From positions 1,696,001-1,760,000 of the forward strand of contig OZ253496.1 in NCBI GenBank assembly GCA_965262115.1: 64,000 nt of DNA. The letters run 5' to 3'. Under the pieces are notes generated by a model, which saw only the letters and a list, made by a program, of their open reading frames with translations, ran no database searches and had not been told where the DNA came from. The position numbers and the translations under genes are program-made. This DNA is from Nitrospinales bacterium. Lineage in GTDB: Bacteria; Nitrospinota; Nitrospinia; Nitrospinales; VA-1. This document shows, piece after piece, positions 1 through 9,874 of the stretch (positions are counted from its first letter, which is position 1; the number at the start of each line of letters is the position of its first letter).

Positions 1-1179
1 GTTGTCGTTCGCGACAAGAAAATCTGCATCGAAAATCAGGAGTTTGAAAAGGCTGTTGAATTGCGCGATAAGGAAGAAGAGTTACGCGAAAACCTGGAAG
101 TGGTGAAGGCAGACTGGGATAAAGGTCGCGATACCAGTGAACCCAGCATTACAGAAGATGATATTGCCGCTGTTGTTTCCAGCATGACCGGAATACCGCT
201 TTCTAGAATTGAGGAGAAAGAAAGTGCCCGCCTGATCAACATGGAAAAAGAACTGGCTGGTAAAGTGGTTGGGCAGGGTGAGGCCATCAAGGTGTTGACG
301 AAGGCGATTCGCCGGTCCCGCTCAGGCTTGAAAGATATGAAAAGGCCGATTGGCACATTTCTTTTTCTTGGCCCCACCGGTGTTGGTAAAACCGAGCTGG
401 CAAAAGTTCTGGCGGAATTTCTGTTTGGCAATGAGGACGCGCTCATCCGGTTGGATATGTCGGAGTATATGGAAAAATTCAACGTGTCCCGTTTGACAGG
501 AGCACCTCCAGGATATGTCGGCTATGAGGAAGGCGGCCAGTTGACAGAAAAGGTACGCCGTAAACCTTATTCGGTGGTCCTCTTTGACGAGATCGAAAAA
601 GCCAATCCGGATATCTACCATCTCCTGTTGCAGATCATGGACGATGGTCGGTTGACCGATAGCTATGGTCGGGTGATAGATTTCAAGAATACGGTTGTGA
701 TTCTTACCTCCAACATCAGTTCCCGGATGTTGGAAAAAGGAACCAGTCTTGGATTTCACAAGGATGACGATGAACTGAACTACGACAAGATGCAAAAGGA
801 ATTGAAGCAGGACTTGAAAAAGACCTTCAATCCCGAATTTCTCAACCGGTTGAGTGAGACGGTGGTCTTCCGTCCCCTGGAATTGGAAAATATTGTCGAG
901 ATTCTCGATGTTCAGTTGAACATTCTCAATGAGCAATTGATTCAGCAGGGATTGACCATTGATGTGACTCCCGATGCGAAAAAATGGCTGGCTGAAAAGG
1001 GCTTCGATGCTAATTTTGGTGCCCGGCCTTTGAAACGAGCAATTCAAAAACATTTGGAAGATGCCTTGTCCGATGAAATGCTCAAAGGTCGATTCAAAAA
1101 CGACGGACTCATTGAGATTAGCTTGCAGGATGACGCCCTGGTTTTTGTTGAAAAATCCGGGGCTCTCAATGTCGGTTGA
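1..1179 (+). CDS. clpC: ATP-dependent Clp protease ATP-binding subunit ClpC, 3' part (5' truncated by window edge)
   Basis: Frame open from base 1; UVR-like coiled coil, Walker A GPTGVGKT, RLDMSEY, GAPPGYVGY, FDEIEKA, GARPLKR of the second AAA+ module. Confidence 0.92.
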   Translation, partial: VVVRDKKICIENQEFEKAVELRDKEEELRENLEVVKADWDKGRDTSEPSITEDDIAAVVSSMTGIPLSRIEEKESARLINMEKELAGKVVGQGEAIKVLTKAIRRSRSGLKDMKRPIGTFLFLGPTGVGKTELAKVLAEFLFGNEDALIRLDMSEYMEKFNVSRLTGAPPGYVGYEEGGQLTEKVRRKPYSVVLFDEIEKANPDIYHLLLQIMDDGRLTDSYGRVIDFKNTVVILTSNISSRMLEKGTSLGFHKDDDELNYDKMQKELKQDLKKTFNPEFLNRLSETVVFRPLELENIVEILDVQLNILNEQLIQQGLTIDVTPDAKKWLAEKGFDANFGARPLKRAIQKHLEDALSDEMLKGRFKNDGLIEISLQDDALVFVEKSGALNVG

Positions 1180-1341
1180 TGGATTTTTCTTTGTTTAAAC
1201 GGAAGCAATGACGACAAAAAATATTTAAGGTATTAAGTTTCAGTGGGTCATACTGCTGAAACTTAGTACTTTTTTTTGCCTGGAAATGCAGGTGAGGTTT
1301 TACCTCTGATAACTCAAAAAAATTTAGATAGTTCTGGCCGA

Positions 1342-3621
1342 ATGTTGAAAAAAGCCCACATTTTTTTTGCGGCCCTGATTGGTTTTACTCTTCTTATCTC
1401 GGTCCCCTTTGTGTTTGCTCAAGAAGGTGAAAACATCCAGTCCGTGAAGGTGCAAGGGAACAAGAGGATTGACGAGTCAACGATCCTCTATTACATCAAA
1501 TCCAAGCCCGGCACCGTTTTCTCCAAAAAACAAATCCGTGAGGATATCGAGCAAATATACAGCCTGGGGCAATTCAAGGACATCCGTGTTGAAACGCGCG
1601 AGACCCTGAAGGGGCTGGAGGTTGAATTTTTTGTCGAAGAGATTCCTTCAATTGAGGATGTTGAAATCGTGGGGACTGACAGGGTTGACGCGAATGACAT
1701 CCGGGAAAAAATTAGGCTCAAGCGGGGAGCGACTTTTAGTGATCACCTGGTTCTGGAAAACAGTGAGGAAATCCTCAAGCTTTATCGTGAGAAAGGATAC
1801 TTTTTTGCCCAGGTAAATATCGATACCCAGTCCGGTCAGGAAAACATGGTTAACGTTACCATCAGGATCAAGGAAGGAGAAAAGGTAAAAATTGAAAAGA
1901 TCCGTTTTTCAGGAAACAGATCCTTTCCGGATAAAGAACTCCGTGAACAGATGGAAACTCAGGAAAGGACCTGGTATTCCTTTATAGATGATTCAGGAGT
2001 GTACCAAAAAGATATCTTGAAGCTGGATATGTTCCGGGTAGAAGGTTTTTACCACGATCACGGTTTTCTCAGGATCAAGGTATTGGAGCCTCGTATAGAG
2101 ATCAACAAAAAATCCAGGGAAGTTCATATTGCTATCCCGGTTGAGGAAGGTCCGCAGTTTCGCGTGAAGACTTTGGACTTGAGTGATGATGATGCGGTTT
2201 CTCCGGATGAAATTCAAAAAAGCATTCAGACGAAGGTTGGCGACATCTACAATGTGTCCCAGCTTCGTCAGGATATTTTAACGATCACTGATTTGTACTC
2301 CCAAAAAGGTTATGCCTATGCTGACGCGAACCCGATATCCAAGTTAAACGATGAAGATCGCACCGTTGATTTGTCCATTGAAGTCGATAAAGGCAAAAAG
2401 GTTTATGTTGGCAATATTGAAATTCTGGGAAATATTAAAACCCGGGACAATGTTATCCGCCGTGAATTCCGGCTGAAGGAAGGGGAGTTGTTTGACGGTT
2501 CCAAATTGAAGCGGAGTAAACAACGGGTCAACAACCTCAACTTTTTTGAAGATGTCAAGATTGATACCCATAGAGGCCAGGATCCTGACCTCATTGATAT
2601 CCTCACGACAGTGACAGAAAGGCCGACCGGGTCGTTTTCAGTAGGTGCTGGTTTTAGCTCGGTTGAGAATTTGATTTTTACTACCTCCATCACCCAGGAC
2701 AACCTGCTCGGAAATGGTCAGAGGCTGAGCTTGAATGCCCAGTTGTCCTCCATCCGTTCGGATTTTAATTTAAGCTTCACCGAGCCGCGTTTGTTTGATT
2801 CCGAAATACTATTTGGAGTCGATGCGTTTAATGAGGAGCAGGATTTTCTCAGCTTCGATTCCCAATCAATCGGAGGCGGTATTCGCCTGGGTAAAAATAT
2901 TTCTGAGTATGATTCAGTTAACCTCAGATACCGATTTGAGGATGTAGAGGTGACGGGGGTGGCCGCAGACGATGAAACGGAGTTTTTTAAGAATGAGACC
3001 CGCGTGACCAGCAGAATTGCTCCCACCTATGTTCATGATTCGCGGGATAATTTTTTAAATCCTTCCAGGGGATGGAGGCATGTGGTAGGATTTGAACTCG
3101 CCGGCCTGGGAGGCGCTAAATTCACCAAATCCTTTTATGAAGTGACGTACTACCACCCCCTGTGGGGGAAGCTTGTTGGTGCGGCGCACGCCCGGATTAA
3201 TTACGCGGCGGGGTATGGTGGAGAAAAGCTTCCAAGTTTTGAAAGGTACTTCATGGGAGGGCCGACTTCCCTCAGAGGCTTTACGATTGAAGATGTCGGG
3301 CCAAAAGATAGGGATGGCGATCCGGTAGGGGGTAACCAGGCACTTCTTTTGAATTTGGAATTACAGTACCCCTTTACCAAATCTTTTCGCGGGTTTGTGT
3401 TTTATGACCGTGGTAATGTTTATGGCAGTCGTCCTGACACTGGTACTGCATCTACTACATCCGATAATTTTGACTTGGGAAAAATGCGCAGCAGCGTAGG
3501 CGCGGGTATTCGTTTTATCAGTCCTTTTGGCCCACTGGGTTTTGCCTATGGCATCAAGCTGGACAAGGAAACTGGCGAAGAGGCGGCAGAATTTCATTTC
3601 TCGGCAGGAAGCGCATTTTAA
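1342..3621 (+). CDS. bamA: Outer membrane protein assembly factor BamA
   Basis: Signal peptide after ATG 1342, POTRA repeats, LRGF motif, SPFGPL, C-terminal Phe; upstream of skp-fabZ-lpxA. Confidence 0.95.
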   Translation: MLKKAHIFFAALIGFTLLISVPFVFAQEGENIQSVKVQGNKRIDESTILYYIKSKPGTVFSKKQIREDIEQIYSLGQFKDIRVETRETLKGLEVEFFVEEIPSIEDVEIVGTDRVDANDIREKIRLKRGATFSDHLVLENSEEILKLYREKGYFFAQVNIDTQSGQENMVNVTIRIKEGEKVKIEKIRFSGNRSFPDKELREQMETQERTWYSFIDDSGVYQKDILKLDMFRVEGFYHDHGFLRIKVLEPRIEINKKSREVHIAIPVEEGPQFRVKTLDLSDDDAVSPDEIQKSIQTKVGDIYNVSQLRQDILTITDLYSQKGYAYADANPISKLNDEDRTVDLSIEVDKGKKVYVGNIEILGNIKTRDNVIRREFRLKEGELFDGSKLKRSKQRVNNLNFFEDVKIDTHRGQDPDLIDILTTVTERPTGSFSVGAGFSSVENLIFTTSITQDNLLGNGQRLSLNAQLSSIRSDFNLSFTEPRLFDSEILFGVDAFNEEQDFLSFDSQSIGGGIRLGKNISEYDSVNLRYRFEDVEVTGVAADDETEFFKNETRVTSRIAPTYVHDSRDNFLNPSRGWRHVVGFELAGLGGAKFTKSFYEVTYYHPLWGKLVGAAHARINYAAGYGGEKLPSFERYFMGGPTSLRGFTIEDVGPKDRDGDPVGGNQALLLNLELQYPFTKSFRGFVFYDRGNVYGSRPDTGTASTTSDNFDLGKMRSSVGAGIRFISPFGPLGFAYGIKLDKETGEEAAEFHFSAGSAF

Positions 3622-3642
3622 ATTTTAAAAAGGATCAGATTT

Positions 3643-4185
3643 ATGCGATTGACAATTTTTCGGAAGTTCAGAATCATCTGCCCACTACTCATTTTGGGTT
3701 TTTTAGTTTGCGGACCTTTTGCAGTTTCGTCTTTTGCCGCAGATAGCCGGATAGGGTTTCTGAATATTCAAAAAGCGGTTTCCAGTACCAAGGAGTGGAA
3801 AACCAGGTTTAAAAAATTTAAAACGGATTTCACCAAAGAGAAGAAAAGAATCAAGGTTAAGGAACGGAAGATCAAAAAAATGTTGGAGGATTTGAATAAA
3901 CAAAGCTTTGTTCTGGATCCGAAGCTGAAAAAGAAAAAAGAAGACACATTTAGAAAAGAAAAAGTTGCTTTTGAAAGATATGTCCAGGACCAGAACGCGG
4001 AGTTCGGTAAAAAAGAAAAAGAAATGGCCCAAAAAATCCTGCTTAAAATGATGGGGATCATAAAAAAAATCGGCAAAGAAAAGAAATATACAATGATCCT
4101 GGAGCAGAAGTCGGTTCTATATCACGATAAAGGAAACGATTTGACGGGCATTGCGACCCGGGCCTATAACAGGGCTAATAAATAG
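3643..4185 (+). CDS. skp: Periplasmic chaperone Skp/OmpH, copy 1
   Basis: Signal peptide, IGFLNIQKAV start, Lys-rich coiled coil, DLT near C-terminus; synteny with bamA. Confidence 0.88.
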   Translation: MRLTIFRKFRIICPLLILGFLVCGPFAVSSFAADSRIGFLNIQKAVSSTKEWKTRFKKFKTDFTKEKKRIKVKERKIKKMLEDLNKQSFVLDPKLKKKKEDTFRKEKVAFERYVQDQNAEFGKKEKEMAQKILLKMMGIIKKIGKEKKYTMILEQKSVLYHDKGNDLTGIATRAYNRANK

Positions 4186-4275
4186 TTTCTGGTTATGCTC
4201 CAGCTAAAATAACCTGCTCGACTCCCGCGCTTGAACTCGCTGAAATTTCCAGAAAAGTCATAGGCATTCAACAGT

Positions 4276-4343
4276 GAGACCTTTGCATAACCTCGAAGGG
4301 GTAATCTCGCTTTTCTGTTTTTTTCGACTTATGCAAAGCTCTC
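4276..4343. mobile_element. 68-bp internally deleted MITE (GAGA[C/G]CTTTGCATAA TIR family)
   Basis: TIRs GAGACCTTTGCATAA / TTATGCAAAGCTCTC; flanks TTCAACAGT / TTTAACAGT (8/9 TSD). Confidence 0.85.
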
Positions 4344-4462
4344 TTTAACAGTAAGAATGGACTCCTGATATGATGGATATTAATGAAATCAAGAAAATCA
4401 TACCCCATAGATATCCTTTCTCGGCAGGAAGCGCATTTTAAATTTTAAAAAGGATCAGATTT

Positions 4463-5005
4463 ATGCGATTGACAATTTTTCGGAAGTTCAGAATCATCTG
4501 CCCACTACTCATTTTGGGTTTTTTAGTTTGCGGACCTTTTGCAGTTTCGTCTTTTGCCGCAGATAGCCGGATAGGGTTTCTGAATATTCAAAAAGCGGTT
4601 TCCAGTACCAAGGAGTGGAAAACCAGGTTTAAAAAATTTAAAACGGATTTCACCAAAGAGAAGAAAAGAATCAAGGTTAAGGAACGGAAGATCAAAAAAA
4701 TGTTGGAGGATTTGAATAAACAAAGCTTTGTTCTGGATCCGAAGCTGAAAAAGAAAAAAGAAGACACATTTAGAAAAGAAAAAGTTGCTTTTGAAAGATA
4801 TGTCCAGGACCAGAACGCGGAGTTCGGTAAAAAAGAAAAAGAAATGGCCCAAAAAATCCTGCTTAAAATGATGGGGATCATAAAAAAAATCGGCAAAGAA
4901 AAGAAATATACAATGATCCTGGAGCAGAAGTCGGTTCTATATCACGATAAAGGAAACGATTTGACGGGCATTGCGACCCGGGCCTATAACAGGGCTAATA
5001 AATAG
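4463..5005 (+). CDS. skp: Periplasmic chaperone Skp/OmpH, copy 2 (identical)
   Basis: Identical to 3643-4185. Confidence 0.85.
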   Translation: MRLTIFRKFRIICPLLILGFLVCGPFAVSSFAADSRIGFLNIQKAVSSTKEWKTRFKKFKTDFTKEKKRIKVKERKIKKMLEDLNKQSFVLDPKLKKKKEDTFRKEKVAFERYVQDQNAEFGKKEKEMAQKILLKMMGIIKKIGKEKKYTMILEQKSVLYHDKGNDLTGIATRAYNRANK

Positions 5006-5095
5006 TTTCTGGTTATGCTCCAGCTAAAATAACCTGCTCGACTCCCGCGCTTGAACTCGCTGAAATTTCCAGAAAAGTCATAGGCATTCAACAGT

Positions 5096-5163
5096 GAGAC
5101 CTTTGCATAACCTCGAAGGGGTAATCTCGCTTTTCTGTTTTTTTCGACTTATGCAAAGCTCTC
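5096..5163. mobile_element. 68-bp MITE, second copy created by the tandem duplication
   Basis: Identical to 4276-4343 with the same flanks. Confidence 0.85.
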
Positions 5164-5189
5164 TTTAACAGTAAGAATGGACTCCTGAT

Positions 5190-5621
5190 ATGATGGATAT
5201 TAATGAAATCAAGAAAATCATACCCCATAGATATCCTTTTCTGCTGGTTGATAAGATTATCGAATGTGATACGGACTCCCGAATTGTCGGCATCAAAAAT
5301 GTGACGATCAATGAACCTTTTTTTCAGGGTCATTTCCCGGAGTTCCCTGTCATGCCCGGTGTGCTGATTATCGAGGCTCTTGCGCAGGTCGCCTGCATCT
5401 TGGGAATTAAAATTATGAACAAGGAGGGTCAGGCTTCTGTGTTCTTCACTGGTATTGATAAGGCCAAATTCAGGAAGCCTGTGGTCCCGGGAGATCAATT
5501 GCGGCTGGAGTTGACTAAAATCAAGCAAAGGGGAACGCTTTTCCGGTTTGAAGGCAAAGCGTATGTAGGCGATGCTTTGGCTACTGAATGTACTATTCAG
5601 GCAATGCTCGGTAAAGACTGA
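5190..5621 (+). CDS. fabZ: 3-hydroxyacyl-ACP dehydratase FabZ
   Basis: PHRYPFLLVD, FFQGHFP, MPGVLIIEALAQ motifs. Confidence 0.97.
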   Translation: MMDINEIKKIIPHRYPFLLVDKIIECDTDSRIVGIKNVTINEPFFQGHFPEFPVMPGVLIIEALAQVACILGIKIMNKEGQASVFFTGIDKAKFRKPVVPGDQLRLELTKIKQRGTLFRFEGKAYVGDALATECTIQAMLGKD

Positions 5622-5701
5622 TATTGTAAAGGGTGGGCTTCACCATTTTTCATTTCACGTCTTTTTCCGGCTAATCATAAGATGACTATATCCTTGAGAA
5701 C

Positions 5702-6472
5702 GTGAACATTCATTCCAGCGCAATCATTCATCCAGATGCCGAATTGGCCCAAGGGGTTGGAGTGGGCCCTTTCACCACCATTGGCCCCAAGGCCCGGATC
5801 GGCGAGGGAACGGTTATAGGCCCCAACGTATTGATTGAAGCGGGGACGATCATTGGCAGGAACTGCAGGATTTTTCATGGTGCCTCGCTGGGCGGAGAAC
5901 CCCAGATTCTTAACTTTAAAAACGTTCCCGCCTCACTGGAAATTGGTGATGAAACTGTGGTGCGGGAATATGTCACCGTTCATCGATCAGGTTTCGAAAA
6001 TGGCGCTACCCGTGTCGGTAAGGGTTGCCTGCTCATGGCCTATTCGCATGTCGGCCATGACTGCGAAATAGGCGATGAGGTGGTGATTGTAAATAGCACG
6101 GCTTTATCTGGTCATGTTATGGTTGAAGACAAAGCCTTTATTTCGGGCCTGGTGGGCATCCATCAGTATGTCAGAATAGGTCGACATGCCATGGTTGGCG
6201 GGATGGCCCGTGTTGTTCAGGATGTCCTGCCTTTTTCCACTGTGGAGGGAAATCCGGGTCGGCTTTACAGCGCCAACGCGGCGGGACTCAAACGTGCAAA
6301 CTTCAAACCGGATGTCCGGGCTGCGATAAAAAAAGCCTTGAAATTCATTGCCCAACCGGAATTGAATACCAGGCAGGCTATGGAAAAGATCGCAGCTGAA
6401 ATTGAAATGTTTGATGAAATTAAGTACTTCATCGACTTTATAAATAATTCCTCCAGAGGAGTGACCAAATAG
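5702..6472 (+). CDS. lpxA: UDP-N-acetylglucosamine acyltransferase LpxA
   Basis: Hexapeptide repeats, REYVTVHR, AYSHVGHDC; GTG start; synteny. Confidence 0.95.
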   Translation: MNIHSSAIIHPDAELAQGVGVGPFTTIGPKARIGEGTVIGPNVLIEAGTIIGRNCRIFHGASLGGEPQILNFKNVPASLEIGDETVVREYVTVHRSGFENGATRVGKGCLLMAYSHVGHDCEIGDEVVIVNSTALSGHVMVEDKAFISGLVGIHQYVRIGRHAMVGGMARVVQDVLPFSTVEGNPGRLYSANAAGLKRANFKPDVRAAIKKALKFIAQPELNTRQAMEKIAAEIEMFDEIKYFIDFINNSSRGVTK

Positions 6473-7437
6473 TGGCAAAGGTAAGAGCTGGTGTGGTTGG
6501 AGTAGGTAGAATGGGTGAATATCATGTTGGAGTGCTATCCGAGATGCAGGGGGTAGATCTTGCCGGGGTGGTGGATGTTGATTCTCAGCGCCGAAAGACC
6601 ATCCAGGATACCTACCACATCCCCAACTATGCGGACCACAAGGATATTTTTGGCCAGATTGATATCGCAGTAGTCGCAGTACCGACAATGTTGCATTATC
6701 CTGTTACCAAAGACCTTCTTAATAATGGCATTCATGTTCTACTGGAAAAGCCCTGTTCCAATGATCTCAATCACGCCCACGAGCTTTTTCAGTTGGCTCA
6801 GGATAAGAGCCTGACTTTGCACATTGGTCACGTGGAACGTTTTAATGGGGCGGTGCAGGAACTCCACAAAATTGTTGAAGCTCCACTTTTTGTGGAGTGC
6901 AAGCGCATGGGGCCTTTCGCCGAAAGAATCATAGATGATGGAGTGGTCTTGGATATCATGATCCATGATATAGATATTATTCTTAACCTGATCAAATCCA
7001 GGGTGGTCACATGCCATGTTCTTGGGGCTTCGGTTTTTTCTGAAATAGATGACCTGGTGAGTGCCCAGCTCGAATTTGAAAATGGATGCATCGCCAATAT
7101 CGTTGCCAGCCGGGCTTCACAGAATAAGGTTCGAACTTTGTCGGTCACTCAGAAAGATTCTTTCGTGGTTTTGGATTACACCGATCAGGAAATTTATGTT
7201 CATCGCAAATCGTCTTCGGAGCATCAAGTGAGCAAGGGCTCACTGCGGTACAAGCAGGAATCGCTGGTCGAAAGAATTTTTGTCCACAAAGATAATCCCC
7301 TCAAGCTGGAGCTCCAGCATTTCATTGATTGCGTGAAAAATGGAAGCACTCGGAATGTTGCGGTGGATGATGAGCTTTATTCGCTGGAAATCGCCTTGGA
7401 TATTCTGGATCAGTTCAATAAAAAAAGAAAAAAATAG
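6472..7437 (+). CDS. Gfo/Idh/MocA-family NAD-dependent oxidoreductase (GnnA-like)
   Basis: GVGRMG Rossmann motif, LLEKP, GHVERFN, DIMIHDID; located between lpxA and lpxI/lpxB. Confidence 0.85.
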   Translation: MAKVRAGVVGVGRMGEYHVGVLSEMQGVDLAGVVDVDSQRRKTIQDTYHIPNYADHKDIFGQIDIAVVAVPTMLHYPVTKDLLNNGIHVLLEKPCSNDLNHAHELFQLAQDKSLTLHIGHVERFNGAVQELHKIVEAPLFVECKRMGPFAERIIDDGVVLDIMIHDIDIILNLIKSRVVTCHVLGASVFSEIDDLVSAQLEFENGCIANIVASRASQNKVRTLSVTQKDSFVVLDYTDQEIYVHRKSSSEHQVSKGSLRYKQESLVERIFVHKDNPLKLELQHFIDCVKNGSTRNVAVDDELYSLEIALDILDQFNKKRKK

Positions 7438-7539
7438 TTTCGCGGCCTGAACGAATAGCGCATCGCATGCCCATAAATTACTGCTAGCCTATAGCGACAA
7501 CGGCCGCACCTTCTGTAAATCTTCTTTTTGCCCTTCATT

Positions 7540-8346
7540 ATGGATGCCACCCATGAAAAAATAGGTCTTATCGCCGGAGCGGGAGAAGTTCCCGTATATT
7601 TTGCACGCAAAGCCAGCCAGCTGGGGATAAAAATTATCAGCGTGGGTTTCACAGAGGAAATCCAAAACGGTCTGGCTCCGTTTTCGGAAATGAGCTATTC
7701 GATTGGAGTCGGCCAGGCGGGGAAAATTCTTGAGACCTTTAAAAAGAACAATGTCAAAGATCTGTTGATTCTCGGCAAGGTTGAAAAAAGCGTCATTTTT
7801 AAATTGCAGAAATTTGATCTTAAGGCCCTTAAGTTCTTAAAAAATATTGTGACCCATGAAGATAAGGTATTGCTGTTAGGAATGATTGATGAACTTGCAA
7901 AGGAAGGATTCAGAGTTTTAAGTCAAAAAGAATTTTTGTCGGATATTTTTCCGTCCAAAGGAAACCTGACTAACCGGGTGCCCAGCAAACAGGAGTTGGC
8001 GGATATGGAATTTGGACTGCCTATTGCCCGAAAACTGGCGGATATGGAAATCGGTCAGACTCTCATCGTAAAAAACAAAACGGTGGTGGCCGTTGAAGCT
8101 CTGGAAGGAACAGATGAGGCCATTCAAAGAGGTTGTGAACTAGCCCAGGGGGAATGTGTGGTGATCAAGGTCAGCAGAACCAATCAGGATTACCGTTATG
8201 ACAGCCCCGGCATTGGACCGCAAACCATTCGTATGCTGAGCGAAGGATCGGTCCTGGCGCTGGAGGCAGAGCGAGTTATGGTGGTGGAACAGGAGAAAGT
8301 TCTTGAACTGGCTGATGCGGCAAAAATCGTCGTGACTTGTTACTAG
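7540..8346 (+). CDS. lpxI: UDP-2,3-diacylglucosamine pyrophosphatase LpxI (DUF1009)
   Basis: IGLIAGAG start, EIGQT, AVEALEGTD, QDYRYDSPGIG motifs; lipid A operon. Confidence 0.88.
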   Translation: MDATHEKIGLIAGAGEVPVYFARKASQLGIKIISVGFTEEIQNGLAPFSEMSYSIGVGQAGKILETFKKNNVKDLLILGKVEKSVIFKLQKFDLKALKFLKNIVTHEDKVLLLGMIDELAKEGFRVLSQKEFLSDIFPSKGNLTNRVPSKQELADMEFGLPIARKLADMEIGQTLIVKNKTVVAVEALEGTDEAIQRGCELAQGECVVIKVSRTNQDYRYDSPGIGPQTIRMLSEGSVLALEAERVMVVEQEKVLELADAAKIVVTCY

Positions 8347-8417
8347 GTCTGGCGAGCCGCCGGTGGCTGTGATACTCCCAACATTAGCTTCATGCCCCGA
8401 AGCAACTGTGTTAAATG

Positions 8418-9368
8418 TCAAGTGCTGGCAATGAGATTTTCATTCCAGAGTGTTTTTGTTTTGATCATGGTATTGATGATCGTTAATAACTTTCTCATGC
8501 ATGCGGTAATGGCAACTTTAAAGGGTTTGCCCTTTTCGATGAGGCGTGTGTAAAAGGTACGAATCACGGGATTATGCTGCATGGCAGTGACGGCGGCCAT
8601 GTATAAAGCGGCACGCACATTGGCGCGACCGCCCCAGATACACCGGCGGCCCCGGAACTTTCCGCTGTCCCGATTGAGGGGAGCGAGACCGATGAGGGCG
8701 GCGATTTGCTTCTGATTAAGAACTCCAAGTTCCGGAACCCCGGCCAAGAGGTTGACAGCCAGAACGGGACCGGCACCGGGAACACTTTGTATGATCTGGT
8801 CGTGCTCACGCCAGGCAGAACTGTTTTTGATGGTTCTGGAAAGGTCGCCATCGATTTTTCGCAAGCGTTTTTTAAGAGATTCGATATGCTCCTTAATGTC
8901 TTTACATATCCATTTTGGAGCTTGTTTTAGACGGGTTTTTTCTTTGGTCAGCATCTCGATCAACTGGCGACGGCGTGTCACTAGAGCTGAGAGTTCAAGA
9001 GATTCTTCGTCTTTGATTTTCCTGACCTCAGGACGTATGGCCTTGGCAAAATGGGCCAGCACAAGAGAATCAATGACATCGGTTTTTGCCAGTTTCCCGG
9101 TGGCTTTGGCAAAATCACGAACTTGCCGTGGGTTGACCACGGCTACTGGCAGTCGACCCGCAACCAGGGCCGAAGCCAACGGGATCTCTAAGCCGCCTGT
9201 GGCTTCCAAAACGATCAATGGAGGATTTAAGGCGGATAAACTCTCGACCAAACCAGCAATCCCTTCTTCATTGTTAGCGGTTTGCCAGGTTTCTTGAGTC
9301 ATGCTGTCAGCAACATCCAGATGGAGTTTAGAAATATCGATGCCAATAAAATGGGGTTTCTGATTCAT
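8418..9368 (-). CDS. IS110-family DEDD recombinase/transposase
   Basis: IGIDISK, LEATG, KTDVID (RuvC-like DEDD), SVPGAG, GLAP...DSGK (Tnp-domain Ser). Confidence 0.96.
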   Translation of the reverse strand: MNQKPHFIGIDISKLHLDVADSMTQETWQTANNEEGIAGLVESLSALNPPLIVLEATGGLEIPLASALVAGRLPVAVVNPRQVRDFAKATGKLAKTDVIDSLVLAHFAKAIRPEVRKIKDEESLELSALVTRRRQLIEMLTKEKTRLKQAPKWICKDIKEHIESLKKRLRKIDGDLSRTIKNSSAWREHDQIIQSVPGAGPVLAVNLLAGVPELGVLNQKQIAALIGLAPLNRDSGKFRGRRCIWGGRANVRAALYMAAVTAMQHNPVIRTFYTRLIEKGKPFKVAITACMRKLLTIINTMIKTKTLWNENLIAST

Positions 9369-9375
9369 AATTTGG

Positions 9376-9585
9376 TCTCCCAGCCTTGCCGATGCGGGCT
9401 CAGTGGCCCAGGCAACTGTTCGGGTTAATCAAAATAGGACACAACGATCTGCGCTTCGGGACGGGCTTAAAAGCCCAAGGGGTAAACGATCTATTGTGCC
9501 CTGAATCAAATCCTGGGAGCTTGTGGAAAACACAAAACCGGCTTCCCACAGGGCTCACAGGTACAACTACTACAAATTCCCCTTA
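9376..9585 (-). ncRNA. Predicted IS110 bridge RNA, copy 1 (ends approximate)
   Basis: Guides on minus strand: LTG 9478-9486, RTG 9454-9460, LDG 9412-9419, RDG 9385-9388, each pair flanking an internal hairpin. Confidence 0.8.
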
Positions 9586-9874
9586 TGAACAACATACAAG
9601 GGGTAAACTGGCAATATCTTTAACTTCTGGGCAAAAAGTTATCTCGGCTTGAGAAACTCCACTGGAACGTCATCGCGAGCTGCGGCGCGGCGATCCAGTT
9701 TTGTTTGCATCATGCCCAGAAGGGGTAAAATAAAGGCATTGTAATCTGCCACCGGCGGCTCGCCGGTTAACCCGAGATGCTGATCGAGAACAAAATGAAG
9801 ATAATGGAAATTACCAGCGGAGGTTCTCCGCCCACTAGCTGTGGAGGCAGGAGCAATGCCCATGGAGCGAGAGC

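Larger units (their letters stand above)
3597..5239 (+). repeat. Exact 820-bp tandem direct duplication (3597-4419 = 4417-5239)
   Basis: Two skp ORFs identical at offset 820; junction ATATCCTTT|CTCGGCAGG joins fabZ 5' to bamA 3' via TTT microhomology. Confidence 0.95.
8400..9600 (-). mobile_element. IS110-family insertion sequence, copy 1
   Basis: DEDD recombinase; ~230-bp non-coding left end; ends defined by near-identity with copy 2; AAG (CTT) at both junctions; no TIR/TSD. Confidence 0.95.

Noticed and set aside
9386..9652. ORFs 9386-9652 and 48412-48615 antisense to the IS110 left end
   Set aside because: The frame is broken differently in the two copies; the region is better explained as bridge RNA.
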